DNA of 64,000 bases. It comes from a virus (Duplodnaviria; Caudoviricetes). Position 1 is the first letter of the stretch. Each line of letters begins with the position of its first letter. Where the stretch lies: the IMG/VR virus record IMGVR_UViG_3300014205_000014, positions 16,168 to 80,167 of that record. One strand, written 5' to 3'. The translations under genes were made by a program, and so were the position numbers. Positions 29,260-39,596 of the stretch are shown here, piece after piece. Under the pieces are notes generated by a model that did not search any database, was not told where the DNA came from, and saw nothing but the letters and a program-made list of their open reading frames with translations.

Positions 29260-30360
29260 CTATGTCCAAGCGTAGGATGCATTACTCGCATCGTTCTGTA
29301 GAATAAGGCGGCAGTAATCGTCACCCACAAGTGAGGTTGCGAGTTGCAAAGTAAAGGCTTGCATCACCATACCGCCTGCTGTCATGGTGGGGTTCCCATC
29401 TTTCAACCACACCGCACGACTGCCGCGTAGGGCAAAGGCGTAGGGGGTTGACCCTGCAATCATGGCAGGAGCCGAGGCTTGGAAGTTGAACCCGAACGGT
29501 GAATGGTCAATGCCCGTGCTAATCTGTGGCTCAGGCGACCATGCCGTACCTGTTGGTGAATTGGTTAGCGCTTGTAGCAAGTCAGCAGGGGTTTCCCATT
29601 TGGTCATGACCCGTAAACTCACTGATCGCGCCAACGGTGTGAAACTATCAGGATGACGTGATCCAAAGATCATTTCCTGCTGTGGACTGGACAGGGTGTT
29701 GACCACATCCATCTGTACCGATGTCACCTTGGGGCTATTTGCGCCCATTGAGAAAATGGTATCACATGCCTGTGGGACAGTGGTATCGTCTTCAAGCGCA
29801 TTGTCCCATGTTAAGGTGGGGTTTTTCTCCCATTGCGGTACACGTCCGACAACGCCTACCCGCGCGGTCATCTTGCCTGTTGCGGTCATTCTGAACTGCA
29901 TGGCATTAATCATGCAATCATAGCCGTATTGTGCCAATGTTTCAGAAGCCGTTGAACCGGGGATAACCGAACGCACTGCTAACCAAGGGATAGTATTCAG
30001 TGCGTTATATTTGAAAATATGGGTATTGACACCGCCCACGCTGGCTCCATCCATGTCTTTTCCGGTCACAGTGGATAGTTCACCCATCAGGGCATAATAC
30101 AGCAATCCCATAATGCTTTCGGTACGAGGGAGCATATCAATCGTACCGCCGAAGAATGCACCGCCCTTGTACGGGCCAGTGGGGGTTAAGAACCCGCTAA
30201 TTTCCATCGGGAAATTCTGATTAAACTCAATCGCCCCTAAGTCCACTGTCGGCGCACGAAGCCGCCGCCAAGTGTACGAAGCAGGCGTAAATGTTCCACC
30301 CGCAACTTTCGCAGCTTGAGGGGCAAACCCCACACCCCCGCCCATACTAGAAACACTCAT
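29260..30360 (-). CDS. Major tail (tube) protein
   Basis: Position; tube-like beta pattern; GAAGGA RBS before ATG 30360. Confidence 0.7.
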   Translation of the reverse strand: MSVSSMGGGVGFAPQAAKVAGGTFTPASYTWRRLRAPTVDLGAIEFNQNFPMEISGFLTPTGPYKGGAFFGGTIDMLPRTESIMGLLYYALMGELSTVTGKDMDGASVGGVNTHIFKYNALNTIPWLAVRSVIPGSTASETLAQYGYDCMINAMQFRMTATGKMTARVGVVGRVPQWEKNPTLTWDNALEDDTTVPQACDTIFSMGANSPKVTSVQMDVVNTLSSPQQEMIFGSRHPDSFTPLARSVSLRVMTKWETPADLLQALTNSPTGTAWSPEPQISTGIDHSPFGFNFQASAPAMIAGSTPYAFALRGSRAVWLKDGNPTMTAGGMVMQAFTLQLATSLVGDDYCRLILQNDASNASYAWT

Positions 30361-30385
30361 GTCAATTCCTTCCCGCATACGAGGG

Positions 30386-30415
30386 TTGACATTGGCATAC
30401 CCCATATGCTACAAT
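30386..30415 (+). promoter_or_regulatory. Promoter of antisense HNH gene
   Basis: TTGACA-N18-TACAAT, TGn. Confidence 0.7.
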
Positions 30416-30440
30416 TAATCGAAAAGGGAGAACCGATTCT

Positions 30441-31097
30441 GTGAATACCTTCAAACCAGTATTGAACTATGAAAACGATTACGAAGTCAATGAGTGCGGT
30501 GTTGTACGCCGGATAAGAGATAAGGGGAACTCCAAAGCGGGTCATATAATGAAGCAACGTCTTGATCGCAAAGGATACCCGATAGTTTATCTCTCTAAAA
30601 ACGGCAAAGATAGACATCCTCGTGTTCACAAACTTGTAATGGAGGTGTTTGTTGCTCCGATGCCAAAGGGCTACACCGTCAATCACAAGAATGGTATTAA
30701 GACGGATAATCACCTTGGGAATTTGGAGTATATGACCCCATCCCAAAATTCGCTTCATGCTCAACACGATCTTGAACACTATAAAGTCACTGCCAAACTC
30801 ACCAACGAAAAGGTCATTGAAATACTTAGCATTTTGGCTACAGGGGTTGATTGTAGAAAAGTTGCCAAAATGTTTAGTGTATGCGACAACACTATCAATG
30901 AGATCAAGAACGGTAACACTTGGAAGTGGATACCACGTCCCGACATGAGCAAGACCAAGAATCGCAGTAAGTTGAGCGCCCAAGACCGCACAGAAATTCG
31001 TAAACTTCTGAACCAAGGCGTTCCTCAAAAGGATATTGCCGAAAAGTTCAGTGTTACCCAATCTCATATTAGTCATATCCTGCACAACAAACGCTAA
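30441..31097 (+). CDS. HNH homing endonuclease (NUMOD4-like + HNH_3 + HTH), opposite to late genes
   Basis: FKPV..YE..YEVNECG, VHKLV...F, VNHKNGIKTDNHLGNLEY. Confidence 0.9.
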   Translation: MNTFKPVLNYENDYEVNECGVVRRIRDKGNSKAGHIMKQRLDRKGYPIVYLSKNGKDRHPRVHKLVMEVFVAPMPKGYTVNHKNGIKTDNHLGNLEYMTPSQNSLHAQHDLEHYKVTAKLTNEKVIEILSILATGVDCRKVAKMFSVCDNTINEIKNGNTWKWIPRPDMSKTKNRSKLSAQDRTEIRKLLNQGVPQKDIAEKFSVTQSHISHILHNKR

Positions 31098-31102
31098 GTT
31101 CA

Positions 31103-32218
31103 CTATGCTTCCTTTACGCCCTCTAGGGCGATCTTTCTTTTAAAGTTTCCAATCTTGTTGTAGGCATTTGCCCACTGCACCCACTGCCGACTGACATCCC
31201 ACTCGCCTTTGACCCACACCCGCTTGTAGGCGGCTTTTTGGAGGCGGAAGCGCATCTCTTTGTCAACCAGCAACTTGTCCAGCGCTTCAAACCATGCTTC
31301 CGGTGTGTGCTCCACCAACAACCCATCAACGCCGTTTCGGATAGTCAGTCGATAGACAGGGTTATCAGTCGCAACCACCGCCGCACCACAGAGTTGGTTC
31401 TGCACTTTTCGCACTGCACCTTGCCCCTCGGTTGCCTTCACAGGGGACTTCCCCATGTTGAACAAATCGGTAGGGTCTACAGGTGCAAGTACAATATCGG
31501 ACTGCCGAACCATTGAGGCATAGGTGATATAGTCTCTGCCTTCCTCGTACAGTACCCCATCAATCCCTTTTAGATAGTCGGGGTGATACCCACAAATGGC
31601 TAACATCGCCTGTGGGTGCTTTTGGAGCAGGGGAGGGAGCACATTCTCTAACACTTTCCAATCCTGCTCATGCGTCGATGAACCAGATAACCAGATCATC
31701 ACGGTATCTTCGGGCAGGGGGCGGTTCACTTCTCCATAGCGCCATATTTCAGGTGCAAGGAAGTTCGGTAGCACAAAAACAGGCTTGTTAAACCGCTTTC
31801 GCATGGTATCTGCCAAGTATGGCGTGGTCACAGTAATGGCATCGCATTTGGATGCAATAGCCGACATGCTTCCTTCGATGACGGTGCGGTATTCATTGGT
31901 AAAGTCATCATCTACTTCGTAGACGGTCTTAATTCCATAGAACCGTGCGGCATCAAAAAAACTATCGACAAACCCCGCAGCTTCTTGCTCGTCAATCCGT
32001 GTGCGCGGGAGGACGATCATATCCAACTGACTGAACAGTTGGTGCACCGCTTCACCACCACGTCCCTGCTGTGCTGCTACAAACCACTCCTTGAACACGG
32101 AGCGCATATTATCCCATCCAACTTGCCATCCGCGTTTTTGCAACTCATGGAAAGGTTGGATGACCCTGTAAATTTCACAGGCTCCGGGTTGCTGCTTGTC
32201 TTCCGCATGAAGCGCCAT
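31103..32218 (-). CDS. Glycosyltransferase (GT-B)
   Basis: VYEVDDDF, DAITVTTPYL, VFVLPN, DIVLAP, KSPVKATE, VVATD; TAATG coupling. Confidence 0.8.
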   Translation of the reverse strand: MALHAEDKQQPGACEIYRVIQPFHELQKRGWQVGWDNMRSVFKEWFVAAQQGRGGEAVHQLFSQLDMIVLPRTRIDEQEAAGFVDSFFDAARFYGIKTVYEVDDDFTNEYRTVIEGSMSAIASKCDAITVTTPYLADTMRKRFNKPVFVLPNFLAPEIWRYGEVNRPLPEDTVMIWLSGSSTHEQDWKVLENVLPPLLQKHPQAMLAICGYHPDYLKGIDGVLYEEGRDYITYASMVRQSDIVLAPVDPTDLFNMGKSPVKATEGQGAVRKVQNQLCGAAVVATDNPVYRLTIRNGVDGLLVEHTPEAWFEALDKLLVDKEMRFRLQKAAYKRVWVKGEWDVSRQWVQWANAYNKIGNFKRKIALEGVKEA

Positions 32219-32766
32219 TACACGCATCCGGTACGCTCCGTCAAAAACTCTAAGCGGGTTTCCCCGCGCCACTGCCATTTGCCTTCTGAGCCACCTTCGG
32301 TCAGAAAACTATCATAGACGAACACCCGTGAGGCGTGTTCCATAAAATCATCTTCGGTGATGGTGAACCACCACGTTCCGTCATCTTTCCGGTTAGACAA
32401 GGAGTAGCGCACTCGCGACAACACCACATTGGCTATCGCTCGTGCTTCGGTCTGATCGACTTCGGGACCAAAGATCATCGTGTACTCCACAATGAAGCGC
32501 AAGCGCTCATGCAGTCCCCCGCCAACTTCCCCGAATACATCCACCATGCCGACATTCTGGCTGCTCATGTTGGAAGTGTGCCGCCATTGGGCATCCCCTG
32601 TTTTCACAAGTACCACAATGCGGTAGGGATTTGCCATACCCCGCGCCAACCCCGCTTGTACCAGACCCGCCTTTGAGTCATCTGCGATATTGGTATTCAA
32701 CTGTTCATTGAGCCAATTCGCAGTATCCTCCGCCAGCACATTGAAGATACTTACCGTGCCGGTCAT
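32218..32766 (-). CDS. Tail terminator/neck protein
   Basis: Position between adaptor and tail tube. Confidence 0.5.
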   Translation of the reverse strand: MTGTVSIFNVLAEDTANWLNEQLNTNIADDSKAGLVQAGLARGMANPYRIVVLVKTGDAQWRHTSNMSSQNVGMVDVFGEVGGGLHERLRFIVEYTMIFGPEVDQTEARAIANVVLSRVRYSLSNRKDDGTWWFTITEDDFMEHASRVFVYDSFLTEGGSEGKWQWRGETRLEFLTERTGCV

Positions 32767-33431
32767 CGCGGACTCACCATTCGGTTTTGCTTCGGATAAT
32801 GCGCCAACTCACGGTCATAGAGTTGTATCCACCACTTCTGCAACTGCCGTAGTGAATTATTCTCCGGTTGTCCCCGATCAGGGGCGGTTTTATCCGCTGC
32901 ATTCGATGCTTCCGTGAGGCTTTCTGAAGTCAGCGCGTGAACCACTGTCCCATATGCTACTGCCGCATATGCCCACTGCGGGATGGTGAGAACATCAGCA
33001 TCCAACACAGGATGGGGATAATAGGCGTAGTAACGCGCAATCAGTGTTGTTGCAGTCGGAGGCGGTACGCCCATCTCAAGCGTATCTTCAGGCCATACAC
33101 TAAACGCGAACTGATCCGACGAGGCAATGTCATAACTACTGAAAGCGGGTTTGAAATAGGTACGCACTAGAGTCGTATCGTCCTGTACCATCACCAAACC
33201 CGCCTGTTCCAGCGGCACAAACAAATCAGTGGGCAGTTCAAATTGATAGGTGTCCCCGTTGCCTGTGTAGGTAACGGTTTTTAGCAGGGCTGTATGCACA
33301 CAAAGTTCATCCAACGCCCACCCCACCGCATCAGCCAGCAATTCATCGCTCCATGTAATCCCCGAAGGATCATTCTTGAGAATGGTGCGACGGATAACGA
33401 CTTTAAACTGCGCCCACGTCAATGCTGCCAT
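32763..33431 (-). CDS. Head-tail adaptor
   Basis: Directly after major capsid; helical N-term, YY..P motif. Confidence 0.6.
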   Translation of the reverse strand: MAALTWAQFKVVIRRTILKNDPSGITWSDELLADAVGWALDELCVHTALLKTVTYTGNGDTYQFELPTDLFVPLEQAGLVMVQDDTTLVRTYFKPAFSSYDIASSDQFAFSVWPEDTLEMGVPPPTATTLIARYYAYYPHPVLDADVLTIPQWAYAAVAYGTVVHALTSESLTEASNAADKTAPDRGQPENNSLRQLQKWWIQLYDRELAHYPKQNRMVSPR

Positions 33432-33440
33432 TGTTAGTCC

Positions 33441-34811
33441 TTAGATCGTTGTTGCACCAAAGTCGATACGGTTCTTGCCTGCGCCACACCACACTTCAAA
33501 CACTTCCGGTGTGTACACTTGGTAAGCCAAGTACGCATCCCATGAGAACCGATACATACCCGCAAAGTCGTCTACTGTCGGGAGTTGCCCATCGCCGCTA
33601 CCGGGCGTGTGCAAACGAGGGGCGCGACCAACACCCAACGCCACGCCGCCCGGCCCACCCATAAAGGTGGCAGTGTGGACGTGACGAGCCTTGGTCATCC
33701 AAGCGTAAACCCCACTACCGAGATCGGTCTTGAAGTCTTCCATGATTGGACGGTCAAAACTGATATGCGTACCGCTGATCTTGCGGATAATGCGGGTTTC
33801 GGCAGTACCATCCGTATAGTCCACGCCATTGGTCACACCGTTGGCGCTGGTACGATCTGTATGAATTGTCACCAAATCACCTACCGCAAAATCACTAGCA
33901 GATGCAACAGTGATGTACTTGGTCACATTACTGGACTGACCCTGCGAGTAAACGCCGAGGTAAGCGCCATCTTCATCGTCTGCACCATCGCCCTGTGTAA
34001 TAGCGGCAGCGGCACTGGTTTGAGCGCTGATTGCGCCAACGTTATACAAGCAGGCATCATTGGTTTGAACGAAGCGAACGCCCTTCCATGACCCTTGTTC
34101 ATTGTTGACAATTGCCATCGGGGAAGCGTAGCGCATCACATCCAGCCATTCACCATCACCTGCACCGGACTTAATGCCACGAATAACGCCGGGGGTTGTC
34201 ACACAGAAGATGCTGCGGGTTTGCCCATCAGGGGCAATCGCATACGGGACATCACGTTCCGCCATACCCTGATGCACGTCTTCAATGGTGGTGGTGGTCA
34301 TTACCTTAGTGGCATCAATTTGATTAAAACCACTCAGTGACCCATCACCAATGAACTTCCGCGCATGAGCAAGGTACGCATTGCGTGCCAACTTCTCAAG
34401 CACCTTCGTCTGCATTCCGCCCAATGCGGTCTGCACAATACGCTCCAACCCCGCATCATTGTCGCCTTTCCAGTAGGTGACAAGTTTATTAAACTCATGC
34501 AGGGCTAACTTGCCAGCATAACGGTTGAAGGTGATCTGTCGGCTCGAACTATCCAAACGACTTGAAGCCATCCACAACTGCGTGTTACCAATGGCATCAA
34601 AATTTGCGTGCGGCTCAATCAATTGATTCAACTGCATCGTTGGGGAAGTTACATCACCCAAGTTGAACTGTGTGTCTACGAAGCGTCCGTAGATGTAATG
34701 TTGCTGGTAGTAAAGCGCCTGCAACATGGCTTCGTAATACACCTTGCTGTTGGTCGAAATGTTCCCCCAAGGGGAGGAACTATAGAAACTATCAAAATCT
34801 CCGGTTGCCAT
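33441..34811 (-). CDS. Major capsid protein (N4-gp56-like) with beta insertion
   Basis: After scaffold; F.CVTTP....I, NEQGSWKGVRFVQT. Confidence 0.8.
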   Translation of the reverse strand: MATGDFDSFYSSSPWGNISTNSKVYYEAMLQALYYQQHYIYGRFVDTQFNLGDVTSPTMQLNQLIEPHANFDAIGNTQLWMASSRLDSSSRQITFNRYAGKLALHEFNKLVTYWKGDNDAGLERIVQTALGGMQTKVLEKLARNAYLAHARKFIGDGSLSGFNQIDATKVMTTTTIEDVHQGMAERDVPYAIAPDGQTRSIFCVTTPGVIRGIKSGAGDGEWLDVMRYASPMAIVNNEQGSWKGVRFVQTNDACLYNVGAISAQTSAAAAITQGDGADDEDGAYLGVYSQGQSSNVTKYITVASASDFAVGDLVTIHTDRTSANGVTNGVDYTDGTAETRIIRKISGTHISFDRPIMEDFKTDLGSGVYAWMTKARHVHTATFMGGPGGVALGVGRAPRLHTPGSGDGQLPTVDDFAGMYRFSWDAYLAYQVYTPEVFEVWCGAGKNRIDFGATTI

Positions 34812-34863
34812 TTCCTGTTATTCCTTTACAGATAGAGAACCGGCTCTGTAAAAAAGCCAGCTC

Positions 34864-35544
34864 TTATGCTTGATTTCGTTTCCGTGCCTCGCGCAACTGC
34901 TGCATGAGCGTTTGGTGCTTAGGTGTGCCAAGTTCGGATAAAGGCAACTTCCCAATTTGCTCATTGATCTGCGCTTCTGTGGCATTTCCTAGCCCTGAAG
35001 TCCCGCTGTTTGGTGCAGCAGAGCTTGCACCACTGACCGCCGCTGTCGCCGCCGCCGCACGTTGTCCCTTTTTAAGTTCTAACGATTTAGTCAACGACTC
35101 CTTTAAAGCCGCTTCGTCCATTTGTTCAGCAGCAGAGAGAATACCTTGCCGATAAATCGGGTCAGATTCAAACTCCGGCGCGAGGTCGGGGAAGGTGCTG
35201 TGAATGAGGCTTCGGATTGTGTCTTGGCGCTCATACTGTGCAGTCTTCTTTGATAGCTCTGCCAACTGCTGTTCTAATGTCTGATGCCTCTTTTGCAAAT
35301 CGGTCAGTTCAGTATCTTTTGTTCCTTTGAAGCCTTCGTGCTCTGCCTGTAATTCGGCATACTTTTGCTGCCACGTCTTGACTTCTTCAGACTTCTTGTT
35401 CATAGCGGTCTGCTGACCGTTGTAACGTGATTGCCAAGTCTCAGCTTGGACTTTCCAATCGGTGGTGTCAGTTACATTCGGGGTAGGAGTAGGGGTTGTT
35501 ACACCTGCTACAGTACCGCCATCTGTTTGCTGTCCATCTAACAT
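34864..35544 (-). CDS. Capsid scaffolding protein
   Basis: Coiled coil, low-complexity linker, basic C-term helix between portal and capsid. Confidence 0.75.
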   Translation of the reverse strand: MLDGQQTDGGTVAGVTTPTPTPNVTDTTDWKVQAETWQSRYNGQQTAMNKKSEEVKTWQQKYAELQAEHEGFKGTKDTELTDLQKRHQTLEQQLAELSKKTAQYERQDTIRSLIHSTFPDLAPEFESDPIYRQGILSAAEQMDEAALKESLTKSLELKKGQRAAAATAAVSGASSAAPNSGTSGLGNATEAQINEQIGKLPLSELGTPKHQTLMQQLREARKRNQA

Positions 35545-35560
35545 TTTCGTCTATCTCCTT

Positions 35561-37246
35561 TTATTCCACAGAAACTTTACTGCCGTTGGCTGATGCGGCA
35601 GATTCATTTGATAATGTACCGTTAGGCTTCGAGGGTTTATCACCCCCAAAGGGCGGTGGTTTCTGCTGAGCAGCCAATTCAGCAGCTTGTTTTGCTTCTT
35701 CTTTTAGTTCGTTCAGTTCGGCCTCAAGATCGCGGACATCCCCTAACTTGCCAATAGCCTCACGCTTGCTCCGCACATTCGTTTGCACCAACTGCGTGGT
35801 TTCGAGTACCAACTGAGCGCGATCCTGCGGGATTTGAGGCGACCATTCGGTAGAAATATCCAATAGGCTTTCAAAGTCATCCGGGATGTCGATACCGAGC
35901 GCCCTGAGTGTTGCTGCAAGTGCCGCGTTATCCTTCATGATCTGCTTCACCATCTTGAGGATGTACCACCCTATACGGGTCAGTCCATCGTTCCAATGGG
36001 TGCGCTCCCCACGTGTGTGAGACAGGATAGGCCACATGCGAAGGGCTAAGGTTTGCCCTGAACGTTGTGAACCTTCATCCTCACCAAAGGGAATGCCGGA
36101 TAAGTTGGTATCACGCAGTATTTGCCGCCACACCCGATCCCCTGTTTCAGCCATCGAGGGCGAAACCACTGGTGCATCTTCCTGCCACGCCTTGGGTGCA
36201 TCCTTTGAACCACTCGCAGGAGGCGTTGTCCCTAAACTGGTAAACTCTTTCCCTGTGACCGGAGAAGTGAGTTTGCTCAGGGTTGTACCGGGAACATTGC
36301 TCACAAACGTTTCACGGTCAACCGTGTTGAGTGCGGCTGTATCTAGTGCCGCAAATACCGCGTTGAACTCTTTCAACAGCGCTGCCACATCTTCGACGTG
36401 TCCTACACCGTACTTCGACCCCACACGCTTGTGAGGGATGTAGACAGCAGGCACAAAACCAAATTTGTGCGTTGCGGACTTCTGATCGGTAGTTTTCCCT
36501 GCAAAATCAATGGTCTGTCCCTCTACCGTTTCGGATAATTCCGTAGCGGTTTCGGTACGGATGTACACGGCAGTTTGTCCGGGTTGTCCATCTCCAATCC
36601 CATATTGCAACTTTGCAGTAGGGGCAGGGATTTCATACATAGTGGTTCCCCGCAGCAGTGACCAGTAATCCTCATTTGACCATTCCGGTAGGAAGTGGTC
36701 GGGACGTGGGTTGCTAATCACCAACGGGATAGTCAAGTCAACACGGCGCGGTTGGTAGGTGATTTGAAACACCGACCCGCCCAAGAACTGTGAGTACATG
36801 CCGTTTTCCAACTGCATGGCTCGTCCACCGGATCGCGTCCACACTTCATTGATGACGTTTTCGCAAATCAGCGCGAGGTTCTTGGTGTCTTCCTTAACCT
36901 CTTTACCATCGAACCGTTTCTTGGGGCGTACCACTGTTTTGACCAGTGGGGCAGGGCTATCCGGTACTTCACCGAACAAGACCGCTGCGTGTTTCTCCAC
37001 AATCGCGCGTAAGCTGTTAATGTGCAGAGGGTATTGGCTTTCATATTCTTCACGCACATTCTTGCGTGTTACAGAAAGCGCATCCCCGCTGTACCATTTC
37101 CAGTTATCTTTGTACCGTGCGGATTGTGTGTTCCACTGTTCAATTGGGAAGTTGTCGGGCAGCTTGTCATCATTCAGCGTAGGCGAATAGGAAGTACGCT
37201 CTACAAAAGATGGAAGCGTTCCGAGTTCAACATTGTCAAGCGGCAT
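35561..37246 (-). CDS. Portal protein
   Basis: 561 aa upstream of scaffold; FGFVPAVYIPH, SGQTL, EWSPQIP.D. Confidence 0.8.
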   Translation of the reverse strand: MPLDNVELGTLPSFVERTSYSPTLNDDKLPDNFPIEQWNTQSARYKDNWKWYSGDALSVTRKNVREEYESQYPLHINSLRAIVEKHAAVLFGEVPDSPAPLVKTVVRPKKRFDGKEVKEDTKNLALICENVINEVWTRSGGRAMQLENGMYSQFLGGSVFQITYQPRRVDLTIPLVISNPRPDHFLPEWSNEDYWSLLRGTTMYEIPAPTAKLQYGIGDGQPGQTAVYIRTETATELSETVEGQTIDFAGKTTDQKSATHKFGFVPAVYIPHKRVGSKYGVGHVEDVAALLKEFNAVFAALDTAALNTVDRETFVSNVPGTTLSKLTSPVTGKEFTSLGTTPPASGSKDAPKAWQEDAPVVSPSMAETGDRVWRQILRDTNLSGIPFGEDEGSQRSGQTLALRMWPILSHTRGERTHWNDGLTRIGWYILKMVKQIMKDNAALAATLRALGIDIPDDFESLLDISTEWSPQIPQDRAQLVLETTQLVQTNVRSKREAIGKLGDVRDLEAELNELKEEAKQAAELAAQQKPPPFGGDKPSKPNGTLSNESAASANGSKVSVE

Positions 37247-37263
37247 TTATACCCCACAGAAAC

Positions 37264-37314
37264 ACATATTCGGTTCTGCATTATAACGTAGCAAAAGAAT
37301 GTGGGGAAAGTCAA
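37264..37314 (-). promoter_or_regulatory. Portal/head operon promoter plus 16-bp operator
   Basis: TTGACT-N18-TACGTT; ACATA TTCGGT TCTGC 37264-37279. Confidence 0.7.
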
Positions 37315-37344
37315 GGGGGTGAACAGAAGTTGGTCAGCAATTAC

Positions 37345-38715
37345 TCAATTGCTGACTTTTTCCTGTTGTATGTAGGTATCTAATACTGCTATTTGATCGA
37401 GTAGAGACTGCCGGAGGGCTTTTGCTACGCTGATGGGCAGGGTGAGCATCGGTATAATAGGGGTAGTCGGTTCTGCTTTGGGTACAATATCTGTAATCAC
37501 GACTTCGCTATCCCAAATCCATCCCTCAATCGCGTTACATTTGATTGGCAGCCATGTCCCTTGCTTGCCGACAATAGTTTGGACGACTGTTTCCTCAGGG
37601 TGGAGTTTTTCTATGGGGATGATGTCGCAGTGTATATCCTCGGTGGACATAGGCCACAAGTGTTCCGCCGCAATATAAGGATACTTGCGAATAAACTGCG
37701 ATTGGTTCTTGCCGCGTATCATCTTTTCGATGCTGCGGGTTGCAAAATCGGATGGGAATGGTTTCACAATCGGCACGGTGAGAGTTGCTTTCTTTGGGGC
37801 AGGGGCATCTAAAACACCGCGCTTCTTGGCATCTCGTAGATAGCCTTGCAGTCCGGTATCCTCAGAGATATTGAACGCTGACCATTCGGGGTGATTACTC
37901 CATGTGAACAAACATAACCCTGCCAACAACCCACTTTTGATGTAAGGGGAAAGGTCGCCTGTGATTTGCGACTCAATCCATTGTCCCATCTGTTCACTCG
38001 TCCAACCGCGCGAATGATAGCCATTAGTGGCGCTGCCTGCATCGGTGTCCACGCCGAACTCAGTGATAAGTACCTTGAGCGAAGTAATACGAAGATAGTC
38101 ACAGGTTTTCAAGAACGCTTGAAGATGGTCGGTCATCTTATCCGGCCCGTACAGATGCATCCCCACCATAAACAGGTCAGGATACACCGCCATTTGCCGC
38201 AACTGCCCGTACCAACGCGCATTCCACATGCCATCCGGCATAATCTCCGGCTCACGATCTCCCCAATTGTAGATGACACTCCGCCGCTTCTGCCCGATAG
38301 CGCGGTCAATCCAACGGGAGTACCATGTGCCAAGACGGTCTAGATTGATGGGATCACCGTTGCCCATCGGCTCGTTTAAGACATATGCCCATGTCTTTCC
38401 GTCAATCCCAAGACGGAAGCCCGTTTCATCCATCTGATTGGCTACATCCTCAGGGGAGGCCACGAACTCTTTATCCTCGTCCCCCTTGCCGGTGGGCTTC
38501 AAATGAAACCCGCCTTGCAACCTATCCCAAATGCGCCCGACAATCACGGTATCAGGATGAGCCACCGCTGTATCCTTGATACGAAACGCATCTTTGGGCG
38601 CATCCACCATTGCCACGCTGTAGGCAGGTGCAAGGGCATCATGAAACGTATCGCGCTTGATGACATCGGCGGTATGGTCGATGGAGTAGTTTAAACCGAG
38701 TAACGAAGGTGTCAT
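37345..38715 (-). CDS. Clan GH-A-like glycoside hydrolase with SH3-like C-term (candidate lysin)
   Basis: VLNEP, GMHLY, ITEFG, LFTW; C-term W..I....EGWI. Confidence 0.6.
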   Translation of the reverse strand: MTPSLLGLNYSIDHTADVIKRDTFHDALAPAYSVAMVDAPKDAFRIKDTAVAHPDTVIVGRIWDRLQGGFHLKPTGKGDEDKEFVASPEDVANQMDETGFRLGIDGKTWAYVLNEPMGNGDPINLDRLGTWYSRWIDRAIGQKRRSVIYNWGDREPEIMPDGMWNARWYGQLRQMAVYPDLFMVGMHLYGPDKMTDHLQAFLKTCDYLRITSLKVLITEFGVDTDAGSATNGYHSRGWTSEQMGQWIESQITGDLSPYIKSGLLAGLCLFTWSNHPEWSAFNISEDTGLQGYLRDAKKRGVLDAPAPKKATLTVPIVKPFPSDFATRSIEKMIRGKNQSQFIRKYPYIAAEHLWPMSTEDIHCDIIPIEKLHPEETVVQTIVGKQGTWLPIKCNAIEGWIWDSEVVITDIVPKAEPTTPIIPMLTLPISVAKALRQSLLDQIAVLDTYIQQEKVSN

Positions 38716-38753
38716 TGTTGTTCCTCTTTATTAGTGTCTGGCTTAAAATATTA

Positions 38754-38939
38754 CTAATGATAATGATTGTTATCAGTGAGTGGTGTTTTTAGCAGTCCAA
38801 AATACTTGTACATCTCAATAACCAACGTGCGCCACCAATAATCAAATGAAACTAAGTTATTGTCCAGCAAGTAGACATAAGTTGGGATTACCGAAGTTTC
38901 ATTTATTTTACCCACTTGCCACCGTGAAAACTTATCCAT
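38754..38939 (-). CDS. Small hypothetical protein
   Basis: GAGGGAG RBS. Confidence 0.4.
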   Translation of the reverse strand: MDKFSRWQVGKINETSVIPTYVYLLDNNLVSFDYWWRTLVIEMYKYFGLLKTPLTDNNHYH

Positions 38940-38978
38940 AATCTCCCTCGTTATTACTGACTAAAATAAGAGTTATAG

Positions 38979-39188
38979 TCAGTGATCCCCATGTATCTCT
39001 TCTTGCTGCAATCTACGGATACGCTCCTGATCGTGTTTATTGACTCCCTCGATAAAGCGCGTAAAGGCATCATTCAATCGTTTGCGATCTTCGGCAGACA
39101 TCGGTAGTGTGTTGTCTGTCTTATGGAATAGTTGCACATCATCCTGACCAACAACCCCACCTTGAGCATGACCTTGTTTATCAGTCAT
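38979..39188 (-). CDS. Small hypothetical protein
   Basis: AAGGA RBS. Confidence 0.5.
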   Translation of the reverse strand: MTDKQGHAQGGVVGQDDVQLFHKTDNTLPMSAEDRKRLNDAFTRFIEGVNKHDQERIRRLQQEEIHGDH

Positions 39189-39257
39189 CTTTTATTCCTT
39201 TCACCACAGCATTAAATGTCTTACGATCAAACCCCTTACTGAATGGATTAAGTTTGC

Positions 39258-39596
39258 TCATGCTACTTTCCTTTCACGCCCAAGCGCGGACATCAAATTG
39301 TCCCATGCTGCAATATTGCTGTTCAGTGGATCATCCTTTTTCTCATGCAACCGCGCATACCGCACCTTCGCATCCACCTTCAGCGCTGACAGTTCACCAG
39401 CGACATCCTGAAACTTCCACCACAGCGCCTTCTTCTCGTCCTCAAGGTGCTGAGCGTGTTTCACCGATAACTGATGGTTCACTTCTTTAATTTGCTGCCA
39501 CAAGTCTTTCTTCTTGGCGTACAATGCAGGCCAGCGCTGGTAACATCCATCGAGCGCGTAACGATCACGCGCATAGCGAAATTCCTCACAGGTCAT
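39258..39596 (-). CDS. Helical hypothetical protein
   Basis: TGATG coupling to upstream gene. Confidence 0.5.
   Translation of the reverse strand: MTCEEFRYARDRYALDGCYQRWPALYAKKKDLWQQIKEVNHQLSVKHAQHLEDEKKALWWKFQDVAGELSALKVDAKVRYARLHEKKDDPLNSNIAAWDNLMSALGRERKVA

Noticed and set aside
30357-31103. 248-aa minus-strand ORF, or group I intron around the HNH
   Set aside because: Antisense shadow of the HNH gene; flanking genes are intact and no intron core motifs seen
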